Assembly (NCBI RefSeq): GCF_000143415.4
Contig: NW_003314261.1
Coordinates: forward strand, 5,668,360-5,732,359
Reading direction: 5' to 3'
DNA from: Selaginella moellendorffii
Lineage: Eukaryota; Plantae; Lycopodiophyta
Length of the DNA stretch: 64,000 nucleotides
Shown: piece by piece, positions 48,598 to 61,155 of the stretch
Numbering within the stretch: position 1 is the stretch's first letter
How the letters are laid out: each line of letters begins with the position of its first letter
Translations under genes and position numbers: made by a program
Notes under the pieces: generated by a model
Database searches by the model: none
Told to the model about the DNA's origin: nothing
What the model saw: only the letters and a program-made list of their open reading frames with translations

Positions 48598-49752
48598 TGT
48601 AGCACATGTGGTTTTGACCCTTTATCCTATGGTGATTTACCATAGGATAGCACCACGAAGCGGAACTTAAACCCTCATTGTGCCACATGACAGATGCCAC
48701 ATGTCACATGCCACGTGTCCAAAGGACAATGGTGTGGAACCCGAGTTTCAGGGCTTTAGGCCACTGAACGAAAGAATGGTGCCAAACTCCCAAACATAGT
48801 GCCAGAGAGTGATAGAACCAAACCATAGAGCAACTCCCGAGCATATAGCCCAAAGAGTGAAGGGACAGGGGCACGGAGTGACTTGGAACAGTCCTAGAGT
48901 AACCAGCATCCCAATGCTAGGTCCAACACACAAAATGGAGCCAAATGGAGCCAAATGGAGTTTGGCACTATTCCAGCATACTGGTGGCATAACGCGAGGA
49001 TATGGGTACTCCACCAGCTAGCATGGAATGGAACTTGGGTTTAGACCCAAGCCAGACGCAGAACAAGGATAGGCACGCAAGCGGGAGCTAAACTATGCCT
49101 CAGGTTAGTTAGTCATGCCCGACCTACCCACTATCCCTACTATACATTTGGAACCCCTCACAGTCCCCCCCCCCCTGAGGAACACACGCTTTGGGCTTTC
49201 ACCTCAAACCTCCTTTAGTATCAGGAGTTAGTCTCTGGGACAAGCTCGAAACTTACTAAATATGGAATGGCGCTAGAACGCGAATTTGGACACAAGACGA
49301 ACACCATTGTGTTCAGGTCAATCTCTACATTCCATAGATATGCCAAATGAGCAAATCTAAACACTTTTCATAAATTATATTTGGGACCAAAAGGAGACTA
49401 ACACAAAGGGCATGATAGCGAGGGTGTTTGGCAGACATGGTAAGCTATCATCTAGTGATATTGAGGGACCAATCTCAATATCATGGGGGTTCTTGATACC
49501 AGCAAGTGCAAGCCAATGATAGAAGTTTTTCAAACCGGGCCGAGTATGCTCAACAAGAAACACATAAGAGTTCTTACTTTATGTTTATCTGATTTAAGTA
49601 CATGGTCAATAACTAGTTTCTCAACTAGCTCAAGTGGGAACTGATAATGGGTTCAACAATACCGACTTCCTGCCGTCGTGGCAGTAAGGAAAGAATATCC
49701 AAAAGGACTAGCCGATAGGTAACTTTTGATACTTGAAGTCACATTCGCGACA
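48598..49752 (-). mobile_element. 5' LTR (~1155 bp), inserted into a Copia LTR
   Basis: TGTAGCAC...TTCGCGACA next to a PBS; followed by a Copia LTR remnant at 49753-49797. Confidence 0.88.
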
Positions 49753-52700
49753 AAAACGCAATGATGTAGCTACCGAGCCATATCCACAAATCCTACATGT
49801 TAGTAGCAGAAGCAGAGAGGCACACACGAGGAGGAAGAACTATATATATATAACTGTATATGATTGTGTACATATACATAAAGCTACTACCATGTGGGCA
49901 TAACTACTACCACATCATCTCTACCTCTAACACTCCCACTCATGATCAGGTGGCTGATTCAAGTCTAAATTTAAGCCTGAATCGTGCCTAGCTAGTCTAA
50001 GATGATGAGCATGGAGAGCTGATAAGAAAAACATACAAAAAACTCATCAATCAACTACCCAAAACTTTGTTCTTGGTCTTGGTCTTGCTTGCACACACTC
50101 TTGCTTTATGCTACGGTCTCAATCTTGCCTCTAGCATGTGGTCTTGGCCATGAACTGCCAGGCTCCCACTTCTCTGCAACTAGGCACTTGAATCTCCATA
50201 AGCATCCTTCCCAATTGCTGGAAATTCCTGCAAAGAATTGCTATGCAATGTTCTTGAATCTTGACCCAATTCTTGATGTGGGTTGTTGAAATCTCTCAAT
50301 CTCCCACTAGCTTTGTTCTCTGCTTGCTGCTGCTTGTTGCTCAACACCTCTACACAGCCTGGTGCCTTGGTGCAACGCCTCAAGCGTCCCAAACATTGCA
50401 AGAGGGATTGCAATCGAGAGGCTCATCCTCCTCCTCATCATTGGCCTCCTGGCCAGCAAGTACCATTCTCAGGATCAAGGAGCCCAAGGCTCCGATACCA
50501 TTAGCAGCGGAGAGACGCACACACGAGGAGGAGGAACTGTATATATATAACTGTATATGATTGTGTACATATACATAAAGCTACTGCCACGTGGGCATAA
50601 GTACTGCCACATCATCTCTACGTCTAACACTACATGGTATCTAAGAGGTCAGATCCTCATGGCTCACCACTGGCGCCCAAAAAAGAACCGTAATGACGAG
50701 GATGAGTGAGAACAGTTGGAGAACGTTCCAGGAAAGACCCTAGACAAGCTCTATTCTAATCTCTGGAGCAAAAAACAGGCACGACCTCCTCAGATTCTGC
50801 TCGTGATCAGGCTTTGTTCATCGGCAAGAAGTCAGGAAATGGAAATGGCAAGAAGCGTGGGAATTCTCGCGGATTTGCCAGTGCTCCTGCAACACCAACA
50901 CCTGGCTCCACCACAAATGGAAACAGGAAAAAGAAGGGGCCATGTACCTACTACGGGAAGATGGGGCACATAGAGCGAGAATGTCGAGCTAAGAAAGCAA
51001 ACACCCAACGGATGCTGACTCAAACAGACTCGTTGCTGACGATGGCCGTGGCCTTGTCACCGGTGTCTGGTTTAGATGTCCTCTGGTTGGACAGTGGTGC
51101 TTCTTACCACATGACTCCTCTTCGTACAGCATTCCACACTTTCCACGAATTGCTTTCCCCAAAACAGGTCTTTGTTGGAGACAAGTGACTTCTCGACGTT
51201 GAAGGCCGTGGCATGGTGCAAGTCAAGTTGCCCGATGGATCTCTCAAGGAAATCCATAACATGCACTATGTGCCCAGTGCAGGCCAGACTGTCCTAGCAC
51301 TAGCATGTATGTCTCTAGATAAACAAGCTCTGCGTTGAGGCGATAGAGTGTATTGTACCTCACTCCAGTTGCCACGGTGGTGCCATCTGCTCCAAAAATA
51401 GTACATCCTTCTGCAAAGAATGTAAGCGAGAACCCTTGATCGGAGGCGACGCCAACCGAAAGGACAGTCTGGCCTGCACCTGGCACATAGTTCATGTTAT
51501 GGATTTCCTTGAGAGATCCATCGGGCAACTTTACTTGCACAATGCCACGGCCTTCAACGTCGAGAGGTCGCTTGTCTCCAACAAAGACCTGTTTTGGGGA
51601 AAGCAATTCGTGGAAAGTGTGGAATGCTGTACGAAGAGGAGTCATGTGGTAAGAAGCACCACTGTCCAACCAGAGGACATCTAAACCAGACATCGGTGAC
51701 AAGGCCACGGCCATCGTCAGCAACGAGTCTGTTTGAGTCAGCATCCGTTGGGTGTTTGCTTTCTTAGCTCGACATTCTCGCTCTATGTGCCCCATCTCCC
51801 GCAGTAGGTACACGGCCCCTTCTTTTTCCTGTTTCCATTTGTGGTGGAGCCAGGTGTTGGTGTCGCAGGAGCACTGGCAAATCCGCGAGAATTCCCACGC
51901 TTCTTGGCATTTCCATTTCCTGACTTCTTGCCGATGAACAAAGCCTGATCACGAGCAGAATCTGAGGAGGTCGTGCCTGCTTTTCGCTCCAGAAGCTTGC
52001 GCTCTTCTTCCAAGAGATTGGAATAGAGCTCGTCTAGGGTCTTTCCTGGAACGAAGGAGAGCATGGAGGAAGATGGTTGGAGTTCAGAAGAAACCGAATA
52101 GAGAAGGAAAGCTTTGGCATAATCGTCTGAGACAGCCTCCTTAAGCTCTTGCATCATCCCCTTAAGCTTGCCAATGTACGATGCCATCGTGTCTGTTGGC
52201 TGCATCCGGAGAGAAAGGAACTTCTGGGTAAGGACGATCTTGGCATTTGCTGCTTTCGCAGCTTTCCACGCTGGCTGGAGAGCGGGCTCAGCTGGTTCAG
52301 CTTCGGTGCCGTCCACGATTGTCCAGCAATCCTTTGCCATCAAGATGAGCTGGACCTTTGTTCTCCAGGTTGCGAAGTTTTCTCCTGTGAATTTGCAACA
52401 TCCCAGTTGGCTGGGGTTACGGCAGCCGAGGAAGATGCCCTAAAGTTAGCGCTAGAAACAGAAATTTTGCGTCCACAAGCACTACACTGTGGGCAAAGCT
52501 GCTCGTGGCGTTTCCGGTCGCGGATCTTTTTCTCCACTCTAGCAAGGACAGCAAGAGCCCTTGCACGTTCTCGCTCATCCTCGTCATTACGGTTCTGTTT
52601 TGGGCGCCAGTGGTGCACCATGAGGATCTTACCTCTCTGATACCATGAAATGGCTTTTTAAAAGGAAGATGGGAGTGTGGAGCGATTCAAAGCCAGATTT

Positions 52701-54154
52701 GTCGCTCGTGGCTTCTCGCAAATTCAGGGAGTTGACTATTCTGAGACTTACAGTCCAGTAGTTAAACTAACCACCATCCGCTTGCTTCTGGTTTTAGCAG
52801 CCGAGCTTGATCTTGAGCTCCATCAACTCAATGTGCACACAGCATTCCTCAATGGTGATCTTGAGGAGGAGATGTGGCACAGTCTCAAGGTTTTGTCCTT
52901 CCAGGCCAAGAACACCTCGTGTGCTGGCTGCATAAAGCTCTCTATGGGCTGAAACAAAGCCCCAGGTCTTGGTATAACAAGATTGATGGTTTTCTAATTT
53001 CTCTTGGCTTCATATGCAGCTCAGCCAATGGTAATCTCTACATCTACTTTGAAGGCGAAGGATTTCTCTTCCTAACGCTTTATGTGGACGATACCATCCT
53101 CACTTCTAACCAAGTCTGGCTTATTCACAAGATTAAGACACATCTCTCTGCAAAATTCGAGATGGCAGACCTTGGTGAGCTGCATTACTGCCTTGGAATC
53201 TAAGTACGACGCAACAGGAGACATGGGACTCTCGAGCTCTCTCAAGAAAAATACATCCTGGATGTACTTCAGACTCTATGCTCGATGCTAATCCTGTGGC
53301 CACTCCAATGCCCTCAGGCCTTAAGCTTTCTAAAGCTTCTATATCCGAGACATAAGAAAAGCGCCAGAACTCTCTACCGTTCGATGGTCAGCAGCTTGAT
53401 ATATCTCGTGATTTCAACAAGGCCGGATTTAGCCTGGTAGGCTGCGTGGCAAAGTACTTGGAAAATCCATCACAAGAACACTTTGCTGCTGTTAAGAGAA
53501 TCCTGAGGTACATTGCTGGAACTAAGCACTACTCTCTTCAATTTTCCAGAGGAGAGAGCTCCACCACGAGCTTGGTTGGCTTCTCTAATGCCGACTGGGC
53601 GGGAGACGTAGATGACAGGAGATCAATGACAGGCTACGGCTTCCTCCTGAATGGGAACGTGGTGAGCTGATGCTTGAAGAAGCAGGCTATCACAGCCATG
53701 TCCTCAACAGAATCAGAATACGTAGCAGCAGCAGCAAAAGAAGCAGTGTGGCTGAGCAAGCTGCTTGAAGACTTGCGAATCTGAGTCCCTCCCATCAAGC
53801 TTTGGTGTGACAATCAGTTTACCATTGCTCTCACAAGGAACTCTTGGTTCCATTCAAAAACAAAGCACATCAAACTAAGGTTCCAGGAACTCATCAACAA
53901 AGGCAAAATTCTTGGAATTTTTCCTACCAACACAATGCTGGTGGACATTCTGACCAAGGCTCTACCTCATGTATAGCATCAAGTCTTCCTAAAGACACTC
54001 GACCTACGTGACGGAAATCTTGAGGAGGAGTGTCGGGAAGCACAAGGTCCATGTCATTAGCCACATCACATATCCTCACCAACCGTCAAGAGCCGCCACA
54101 TCCACCACCAAAACGCAATGAAGTAGCTATTGAGCCGTATCCACAAATCCTACA
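49753..54154 (+). mobile_element. Rearranged Ty1/Copia element
   Basis: 5' LTR remnant 49753-49797 and PBS at 50635. Gag/protease on + (50635-~51295) and an inverted copy on - (~51300-52645). RT (FKARFVARGFSQ, LYVDD) and RNase H 52646-54010. PPT, then 124-bp 3' LTR 54031-54154. Confidence 0.88.
49798..50629 (-). mobile_element. TRIM (~830 bp, ~130-bp LTRs)
   Basis: LTRs 49798-49932 and ~50501-50629; PBS TGGTATCGGAGCC and PPT GAGTGGGAG on minus; perfect TSD CTACA. Confidence 0.9.
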
Positions 54155-54507
54155 CCCCGGCCTTGTGGAAACCCCCACGAGTGCTTCTTTCTCCTCCTTG
54201 ATCGTCCGCGAGAAGAGGTAATCCACTATATCTTCCATGCAGCCCGATTATGTCATCCAGATCTAGCCTCGCTTGCATGTCATCCCTGCCTTTTTCTAGA
54301 GAATCCATCTATAGTTTCAGGCGATCAAGAGCTCCCCAAGCTAGATGTGTTCTCATCCATGGTGCTGCAGACCTGGGATTGCCTTTGTCGCCCACATCGC
54401 CGCGCTGGATCAGGAAATCGATGGAGCGCTGGATCGAGAGATCGATGAATCGATCGAAAAAGCAAAACCCTAGAATTTGATTACATCGTCCCTCGCTTTA
54501 GGGCTTT

Positions 54508-56892
54508 ATGCAAATGCTACAACAGCCCAGTGTCTCCTCGCTTCTCCTGGCGCTCAAGGAATGCGGCAGCGCGCGGGATCTCCAGCGGGGAAGGGTCGTC
54601 CATGGCGATGCGATCCAATCCGGCCTCGCGGCGGACATCTTTGTCGCCACGACGCTGGTAAGCATGTACTCCAAATGTGGCAGCATGGCCGACGCGCGCA
54701 AGGTCTTCGACGCCATGCCCAGCCGGAATCTCGTCTCCTGGACCGCTCTCATGCTGGGATACGCGCAGAACGGGGAACCCGAGCTCGCGCTGGGACTGTT
54801 CCAGCAGCTCCAGCACTGTGCCACTTCGCTGGATCGATCGACTCTCCTAGCGGCGCTTACGGCCTGCCGGAATCTGGCTGCCAAGGGACAGGAGTGCGAG
54901 AGCTTGAGAAGGAGCTGCTTAGAGAAGGGGGCGGAAATCCATTGCCTTGCTGCGAAGAATGGATTAGAAGAAGATATCTTCGTGGCGAGTAGCTTGGTGG
55001 ATATGTACGTCAAGTGCGGGAGCTTGGTGGATGCTCTTCGGGTTTTCCGCGGGATTCCACGCAACAATGTGGTCTCGTGGACTGCCATGGTTTTCGGCTA
55101 CGTGCAAAACGGGGAGTTCGCGACTGGATTGGCGCTCTTTGCTCGGATGCAGCTGGAAGGCTGTGATCCAGGAGATCAAACTTTCGTCGCTGCGATCAAG
55201 GCGTGCAGTGGCTTAGCAGCGAAAGAAGAAGGCCGGAAGAGAGATGGTTGCAAGGTGGTTGTGAAGGTAAAATCGTTGGAGAAAGGAAGAGTGATCCACT
55301 CTCAGGCAGCCAGACGCGGGTGCGACCCATTCGTTACGAGTAGCTTGGTGGAGATGTATCTCAAGTGCGGGAGTGTGGTGGATGCTCGTCGAGTCTTTGA
55401 CGAGATTCCACGTAAGAATGTGGTGTCTTGGACGACGCTCATCCTAGGATACGTCCAGGTCGGGAAACCAATGGTAGCTTTGGAACTCTTTGCGCTGATG
55501 CAGCAGGAAGGTTGCTCTCCGGATGCTAAGACCTTTGTTGTTGCGTTGCAGGCCTGCGCGAGCTTGGCAGCTATGGAAGATGAGGACGAAGGCAAGACGA
55601 AGAAGAGCTCGAAGTCATTGCTGCTGAGAAAAGGTACGAGCATTCATTTTCAAGCTGTTCAAGCGGGTTTTAGTTCTGATGTTTTCTTGAGCAGCAGCTT
55701 GATCAACATGTACGCGAAGTGTGGAAGTATCTTGCGTGCCCAGGAGGTGTTTGACATGATGAAGTTTCATGACGTTGTTTCCTGGACAACGTTGATCCTT
55801 GGGTACGCTCAGAACGGAGAAGGTGAGCATGCGTTACTTCTCTTTCAAATAGCTCTTGACAAGAACTTGGTAAACTCTCAGAGCTTCGTTGCAGCTCTGA
55901 AGGCATGCACGAGTCTGGCTTCGCTGGAAGAGCTGGAGGACGCTGACGGGAAGCTGCTTAAACTCGAGAGAGGAATGGCCGTCCACTCCGAGGCCGCTCG
56001 AAGAGGCTACGAGCCGGACATCTTTGTGGCGAGCACGCTAGTCGACTTTTACGCAAAGTGTGGAAGCCTGGAGGATGCTAGCCGTGTCTTCAACCGGATG
56101 GAGAAACACAAGTCGGTAACTTGGAAGGCAATGCTACAGGCTTGCGTCCACAACGGAGGAGCAGAGACGGCACTACACTTGTTCGCGTGCATGGACTTGG
56201 AAGGCTTTGTGCCGGACAGCGGGGCATTCAGTGTGGCTCTGAAGGCCTGCTCGAGCACCGGAGCACTGGAAGTGGGACGAAGTCTACACAGGGAGCTTCG
56301 GATTTCTGGCCTGATGGACGACACAATGGTGGCGAACTGTCTGTTGGACTTCTACGGCAAGTGTGGCAGCATGGTGGAAGCTCAGGAGGTATTCAACTCG
56401 ATTTCTTCCAGAGATGTGATAACTTGGACTTCGCTGATCGCAGGATACAGTCAAAGAGGCGAGATCGACAGAGTTTTCTGCCTGCTCCGCGACATGAGAG
56501 ACGATGGCTTGCATCCAAACAAAGTGACGCTCCTGGCAGTCTTAAGCGCGTGCAGTCATGCCGGCCTGGTTGACAGAGGTAAGGAGTTTTTCTTTTCCAT
56601 GGGCTCCAAGTATGGGCTAGCTCCAGAGCTTGAGCATTACCACTGTGTGATAGATATGCTGGGAAGAGCCAACCAGCTCGAGGAGGCAGTGGCGATGGTG
56701 AAGTCGATGCCTCACAAAGCCAACGTGGTTACATGGACGACTGTACTGACCGCCTGCCGGAAGTGGAAGAACGTAGAGGTGGGAAGAATTGCTTTTGAGT
56801 CGCTACTGAGATTGGATTCCAGGAACACAGCGGCTCATGACTTGATGGCTAACATTTTAGAGAATACCCAAGACAATGCTGCTGGGTTCTAG
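54508..56892 (+). CDS. PLS-class pentatricopeptide repeat protein with E domain, no DYW (organellar RNA-editing factor), 794 aa
   Basis: Intronless P-L-S triplets (LVSMYSKCGS...ARKVFD...VSWT); ends HYHCVIDMLGRA...VVTWTTVLTACRK. Confidence 0.95.
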   Translation: MQMLQQPSVSSLLLALKECGSARDLQRGRVVHGDAIQSGLAADIFVATTLVSMYSKCGSMADARKVFDAMPSRNLVSWTALMLGYAQNGEPELALGLFQQLQHCATSLDRSTLLAALTACRNLAAKGQECESLRRSCLEKGAEIHCLAAKNGLEEDIFVASSLVDMYVKCGSLVDALRVFRGIPRNNVVSWTAMVFGYVQNGEFATGLALFARMQLEGCDPGDQTFVAAIKACSGLAAKEEGRKRDGCKVVVKVKSLEKGRVIHSQAARRGCDPFVTSSLVEMYLKCGSVVDARRVFDEIPRKNVVSWTTLILGYVQVGKPMVALELFALMQQEGCSPDAKTFVVALQACASLAAMEDEDEGKTKKSSKSLLLRKGTSIHFQAVQAGFSSDVFLSSSLINMYAKCGSILRAQEVFDMMKFHDVVSWTTLILGYAQNGEGEHALLLFQIALDKNLVNSQSFVAALKACTSLASLEELEDADGKLLKLERGMAVHSEAARRGYEPDIFVASTLVDFYAKCGSLEDASRVFNRMEKHKSVTWKAMLQACVHNGGAETALHLFACMDLEGFVPDSGAFSVALKACSSTGALEVGRSLHRELRISGLMDDTMVANCLLDFYGKCGSMVEAQEVFNSISSRDVITWTSLIAGYSQRGEIDRVFCLLRDMRDDGLHPNKVTLLAVLSACSHAGLVDRGKEFFFSMGSKYGLAPELEHYHCVIDMLGRANQLEEAVAMVKSMPHKANVVTWTTVLTACRKWKNVEVGRIAFESLLRLDSRNTAAHDLMANILENTQDNAAGF

Positions 56893-57305
56893 ATCTGGAA
56901 GAACCCAGCGTTTTTCTGTTTAGATCTACAACTTGGGTATATGGAAACTTTCTCTTGCTTCTCTCCTTGATCGCTTAGCTTGAATAGCATTCCAGGAAGA
57001 GAACGAAAGCACCTCTTCTAGCTACTTCTATACAAAATGGAAGAGCTCCTTGTAGTCGGAGGAAAAGATTTCTTGGCTCTCTGCGAGAGAGAATCAAACA
57101 CTCACTGTCGAGGACACTCTGTGAGATGATTCTATGGGGAAAAATCTCACGAGGAATGGCCCCAAAGCATCAGTCTTCGCTCCCAGCGTATCAGCGAATG
57201 CCACGAGAGGCGCTGCATTGTGATCATTGGGGAGCAAGCATCCTTTTAGGGTTAGCCCTAAATTTTGCCCTTCTAAGTCAGAGGGGGATTTAGGGCTCTT
57301 GGGCT

Positions 57306-58267
57306 ATGGCGCACGCTGCCGTGGAGGGTTTGGAGGTCGCGGCAGCTGTGGCCGAGCTCGCCGATGCCGCCATGGGAGCATACGAGCGTCGCAAGCACCA
57401 CGCCGTGGCGGTGCAGCGGGATGCCGAGGAAGCGCTGGTGAAGGAAAGGGCCGAGAATGACAAGCTTCGCTCGGCGCTCGACATGTACAGGGATGTGATC
57501 CAGGAATTCTCGTCCAGGGGATTGCTGGAGCATATGCATCAGTTGAATGGGATGGATCCGGATCAGGTTAGTCGATCTCTCCTGTTCCCTTTTGGAGAAT
57601 TGAGACGAATTGGGTCATTGTGGTTGTCAGCTGTGTGATAAACTCAAAGAGCGAGTCGATTCTCCCGAGTTTTTGGAGAAACTGGGAACGATTGTCTTGT
57701 CCAAAGACAAGGAGGATGGCGAGAAGGAGAACACTTGGGTTGTCTTGGATGGGATGGAGGGGGCCGAGGATTACGTTGTGATCACTCAAGAGGATATTGT
57801 CGATAGCATTGCCTCGTACATGGCAAAGTACCTCGCAACTCAACCCAAAGCTCAGGTAACGCTCTTGCAAGTTTGTTTCTCGCGATGGCTTCTAACTTCT
57901 GGAGGTTTTGCTAGAACATGTCTCCGGATGAACTGCAAAATGGTAAAGCTCGATCGAAATCTCTCGTTTCTGTGTCTTCTAATTCTCCTTTGCCGTGTGT
58001 CTCAGCTCTTAGCAAAGCGTTTTCCGCCAAGGACAAGCCGGGATTCTTTCGGAGGCTTTGGGGAGCCGGCAAAGTAATGTACACGATCGCGTCTTGGACT
58101 GCCACTGGCGTGGGGTAAGCCATGATTTTAATTTTTTTTGCTACTTCTTCCTGGACTGGAGCTAAAACTTTCCTTGCTACAGGCTATACAGAAACCCGGT
58201 CCTTGTTCGAGCAGCTTTCATGGCAATTCGAACAACAGTGACTCTTCTCCTCAGACTTCTTCGCTAA
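57306..58267 (+). CDS. Uncharacterised conserved plant protein (coiled-coil N-terminus), 5 exons
   Basis: Exons 57306-57566, 57631-57855, 57915-57942, 58006-58114, 58183-58267 with GT-AG introns; motifs EDIVDSIASYMAKY and MYTIASWTATGVGLYRNP. Confidence 0.8.
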
Positions 58268-58452
58268 AAGGCGAGGAACAAAATTCGCAAATCAATCGAG
58301 CCGAAGCTAAAAAGCTTGTAAAAAATCTGTACATTATGATTTCTTAGCGGTTACAACGATGAAAATGGACGATGAATGGAAGACTAAAAAACCTTAATGG
58401 ATTTCTTCTTATAAAACCCTAGGGTTTTAATTGTGTTTTCGAATAGATAGCT

Positions 58453-60523
58453 ATGCCGGAGCTTCCCGAGGTAGAGGCCGCGCGGCGGGCGGTGGAGCTC
58501 CACTGCAAGGGCCTCATTTGCCGCGCCAGCGTCGCCGACGACACGACCGTGATCGAAGGCATGGCGCCGTTTGATATGCAGCGCCGCCTTGTGGCCAAGA
58601 GGATCGTCGCGGCGCATCGCAAAGGCAAGCAGCTGTGGCTGGAGCTGGACGAGCCCCCAAGCATTTGCTTCCAGTTTGGTATGTCGATTTCCTGGGCTAC
58701 ATTTTCCTTCCTCTTTTTTGTTGTGTTCTTTGTAAATTTCCTAGGCTACGTTGGATTGTTCTTTGCTTCCTTCCTCATTTTTTGTGATAGCATTTTTTCT
58801 AGTGAAAGTTTTAGTTCTAGTGTTTGCTCTGTGCAGGCATGGCCGGAGCTGTGTATGTGAAAGGAGTAAAGAGCACGAAGTATGTGAGGTGAGTGGTGGT
58901 CGAGTTTCTTTTTCTCTTTTGCTTGCAGCGCTTACATTTTTTGTTTTGCTGCTTGTAGGTCCGCTGTGAAGGATGAAGATGAGTGGCCCTCCAAATACTC
59001 CAAAGTTCATCTCGTGGTGCGTTTAGCTAGATGAATGTGCAATGTGCGAAACTTATCTTTGTTTCACCAGCTGGACACTGGTGTGGAGATGTCGTTCACG
59101 GACAAGCGCAGGTTTGCACGGGTTCGACTTTTACAAGATGTACGTAGCTCGTTTTTTTTATTTTGGTGGTTTCTCTGATGACTTTTTCGGCCTTGAAGCC
59201 ACGCTTGTCTCCGCCAATATCTGAACTGGGACCGGATGCTTACACAGAGCTTCCGGATGAAACTACTTTCGCCGACTCTGTTGCGAAAAAGAAGACGGCT
59301 ATCAAGGCTGTTCTACTTGACCAGGTGTGGCGATTTCCTTGTTTTGTTTTTTCTGACTGTTATCTTTGTTCCAAACAGAGCTTTATCGCGGGGATTGGCA
59401 ACTGGATTGCTGATGAAGTACTCTATCAGGTAGGCAAAAACTTTGTGTGCTGTTTCTGGTCTTACAGTTGTTATGGCAGTCTAGAATACATCCTGAGCAA
59501 CCAGCGTCCACCTTAACAGCTATAGATTGCGAGCGACTTCGTGGGGCTATCAAAGAGGTTAGACCACATTCCCAGTTTTTCAATCTTTGTTTTTGCTTAC
59601 TGGTCTTTAATCCCAAAGACTTAGAAAACTTAGAATTCAAGTGCATATACATGTAGGTTGTGATGACTGCGGTTGACGTTGATGCTGATCTTGAACGCTT
59701 TCCTAGAGATTGGCTTTTTCATCACCGCTGGGGTAAAAAGCCTGGCAGTGTAAATGGTGAGTTTCCTAAGAGTTTTAATATTGCGCATATGGCAGGTTCT
59801 TGAAACGGCCATCGCTGTGGAAGGCGATTCGTCCCAGTATCCAGACGACTGGATTTATCAACACCGCGAGAAGAAATCTGGTGCTACTGTGAATGGTCTG
59901 CATTCTCATGCGTGCATATCGTTGGTGTTTTTTTCTTTTCTTTTTACTTTTTCGTTTATCCACTTTGTTTTTAATCTCGGTTGGCACTTTTCCAGGGAAA
60001 AAGATCGAGTTCATCACTGTTGGCGGAAGGGTATGTGAACTTTATGTCGTGAGGCTCTTGGTCACAGTGTGTTTTTGGCTGTCAGACGTCTGCTTATGTG
60101 CCGGAGCTGCAGAAGTACGATGGGGTTCCAAAGAAGAAGACGCCATCGAGGAAGAAATCTATCAAGGGGAAAGTGGACGACGAGAACGAAGTGGAAGAAG
60201 AGGAGGAAGCCGCGCCAAAGAAGAAGGCTGTCTCCCGGAAGAAAAAACCCGTGGACGACGACGGGGAATCTGATGGTGATGACAAACCAAAGAGGAAAGG
60301 GGGTGCAGTGAAGGCAAAAAGCGATGACGTTGAGCAAGAAGCACCAAAGAAAAGGGGAAGGCCTGCAAGGAATCAAGCAAAGGTAGGCACTGTTCTTCCG
60401 GGTAGCGATGAGGAGCAGGATGAGAAAGTCAGTTCGGGAAGAGTTAAAAGAGGCCGGGGGGGCTCCAAGTCGCAAAGTGGGAAGAAAAAAGCGAAAGTGA
60501 GCTCCTCTAAGCAGTCATCGTGA
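58453..60523 (+). CDS. FPG1: Formamidopyrimidine-DNA glycosylase (MutM/Fpg) with two alternative 100-nt exons and a Lys/Glu-rich tail
   Basis: N-terminal MPELPEVE, HRKGKQLW, H2TH motif LLDQSFIAGIGNWIADEVLYQ, ITVGGRTSAYVPELQK. Confidence 0.93.
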
Positions 60524-61155
60524 AAGCGCGTTGATGGGCTTTCCAAAGGTGGTGAGGTTTGATTTCTTCGGTCTTTCTTTTCTAGCTGTGGTTCGAGAGT
60601 AATAGTCTACTAGAGCTGTGAAGTTATCTCTCAGTTTTTTCGATTCTTACTGTTCGTCTTTGTGCAGGATGAGGCTAAGTTGGACGACGAGGACTTGAGC
60701 TATGGCCTCGGAGCAAAATGCGTTGGTGGTGGAAGTGGATTAAATCCGAGCACAGTGGCAGCAGCAGTAAGATCGCAGTGGTCATCGTTTCTCGGTAAGT
60801 TTCCGAGATTCAAAGAGGCTTGCCCCTCTTTGAATTCGTATCCTTATAGTCAGCAGCAGCAGCAGGAGTGCTTTACGATCGGGATTTCTAGCTGTAGTAG
60901 CAACAGGTTAAGTGCGTTGAATCGCATCGTCTCTCGAGCTCCTTTGAGAGTAGAAGGGCGACTCGGGATTAAATTCCTGTCCTACGTTCTCCGAAAATCC
61001 GCCTACTTATAAGCAAATACAAGTTTTTTTTCTAAGTTCTCGTAGTCTCGATAATGTGGTGTGAAATCCTGTCCGTTGAGATAAAACACCATCCCAATCG
61101 TTGATTTGCTAGGGTTCTGGATTTAGGGTTCTAGTTCTCTCCAGCGCAGGCGGCT

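Noticed and set aside
54477-56573. Overlapping and antisense ORFs on the PPR gene
   Set aside because: Shadow ORFs of a GC-rich coding sequence.
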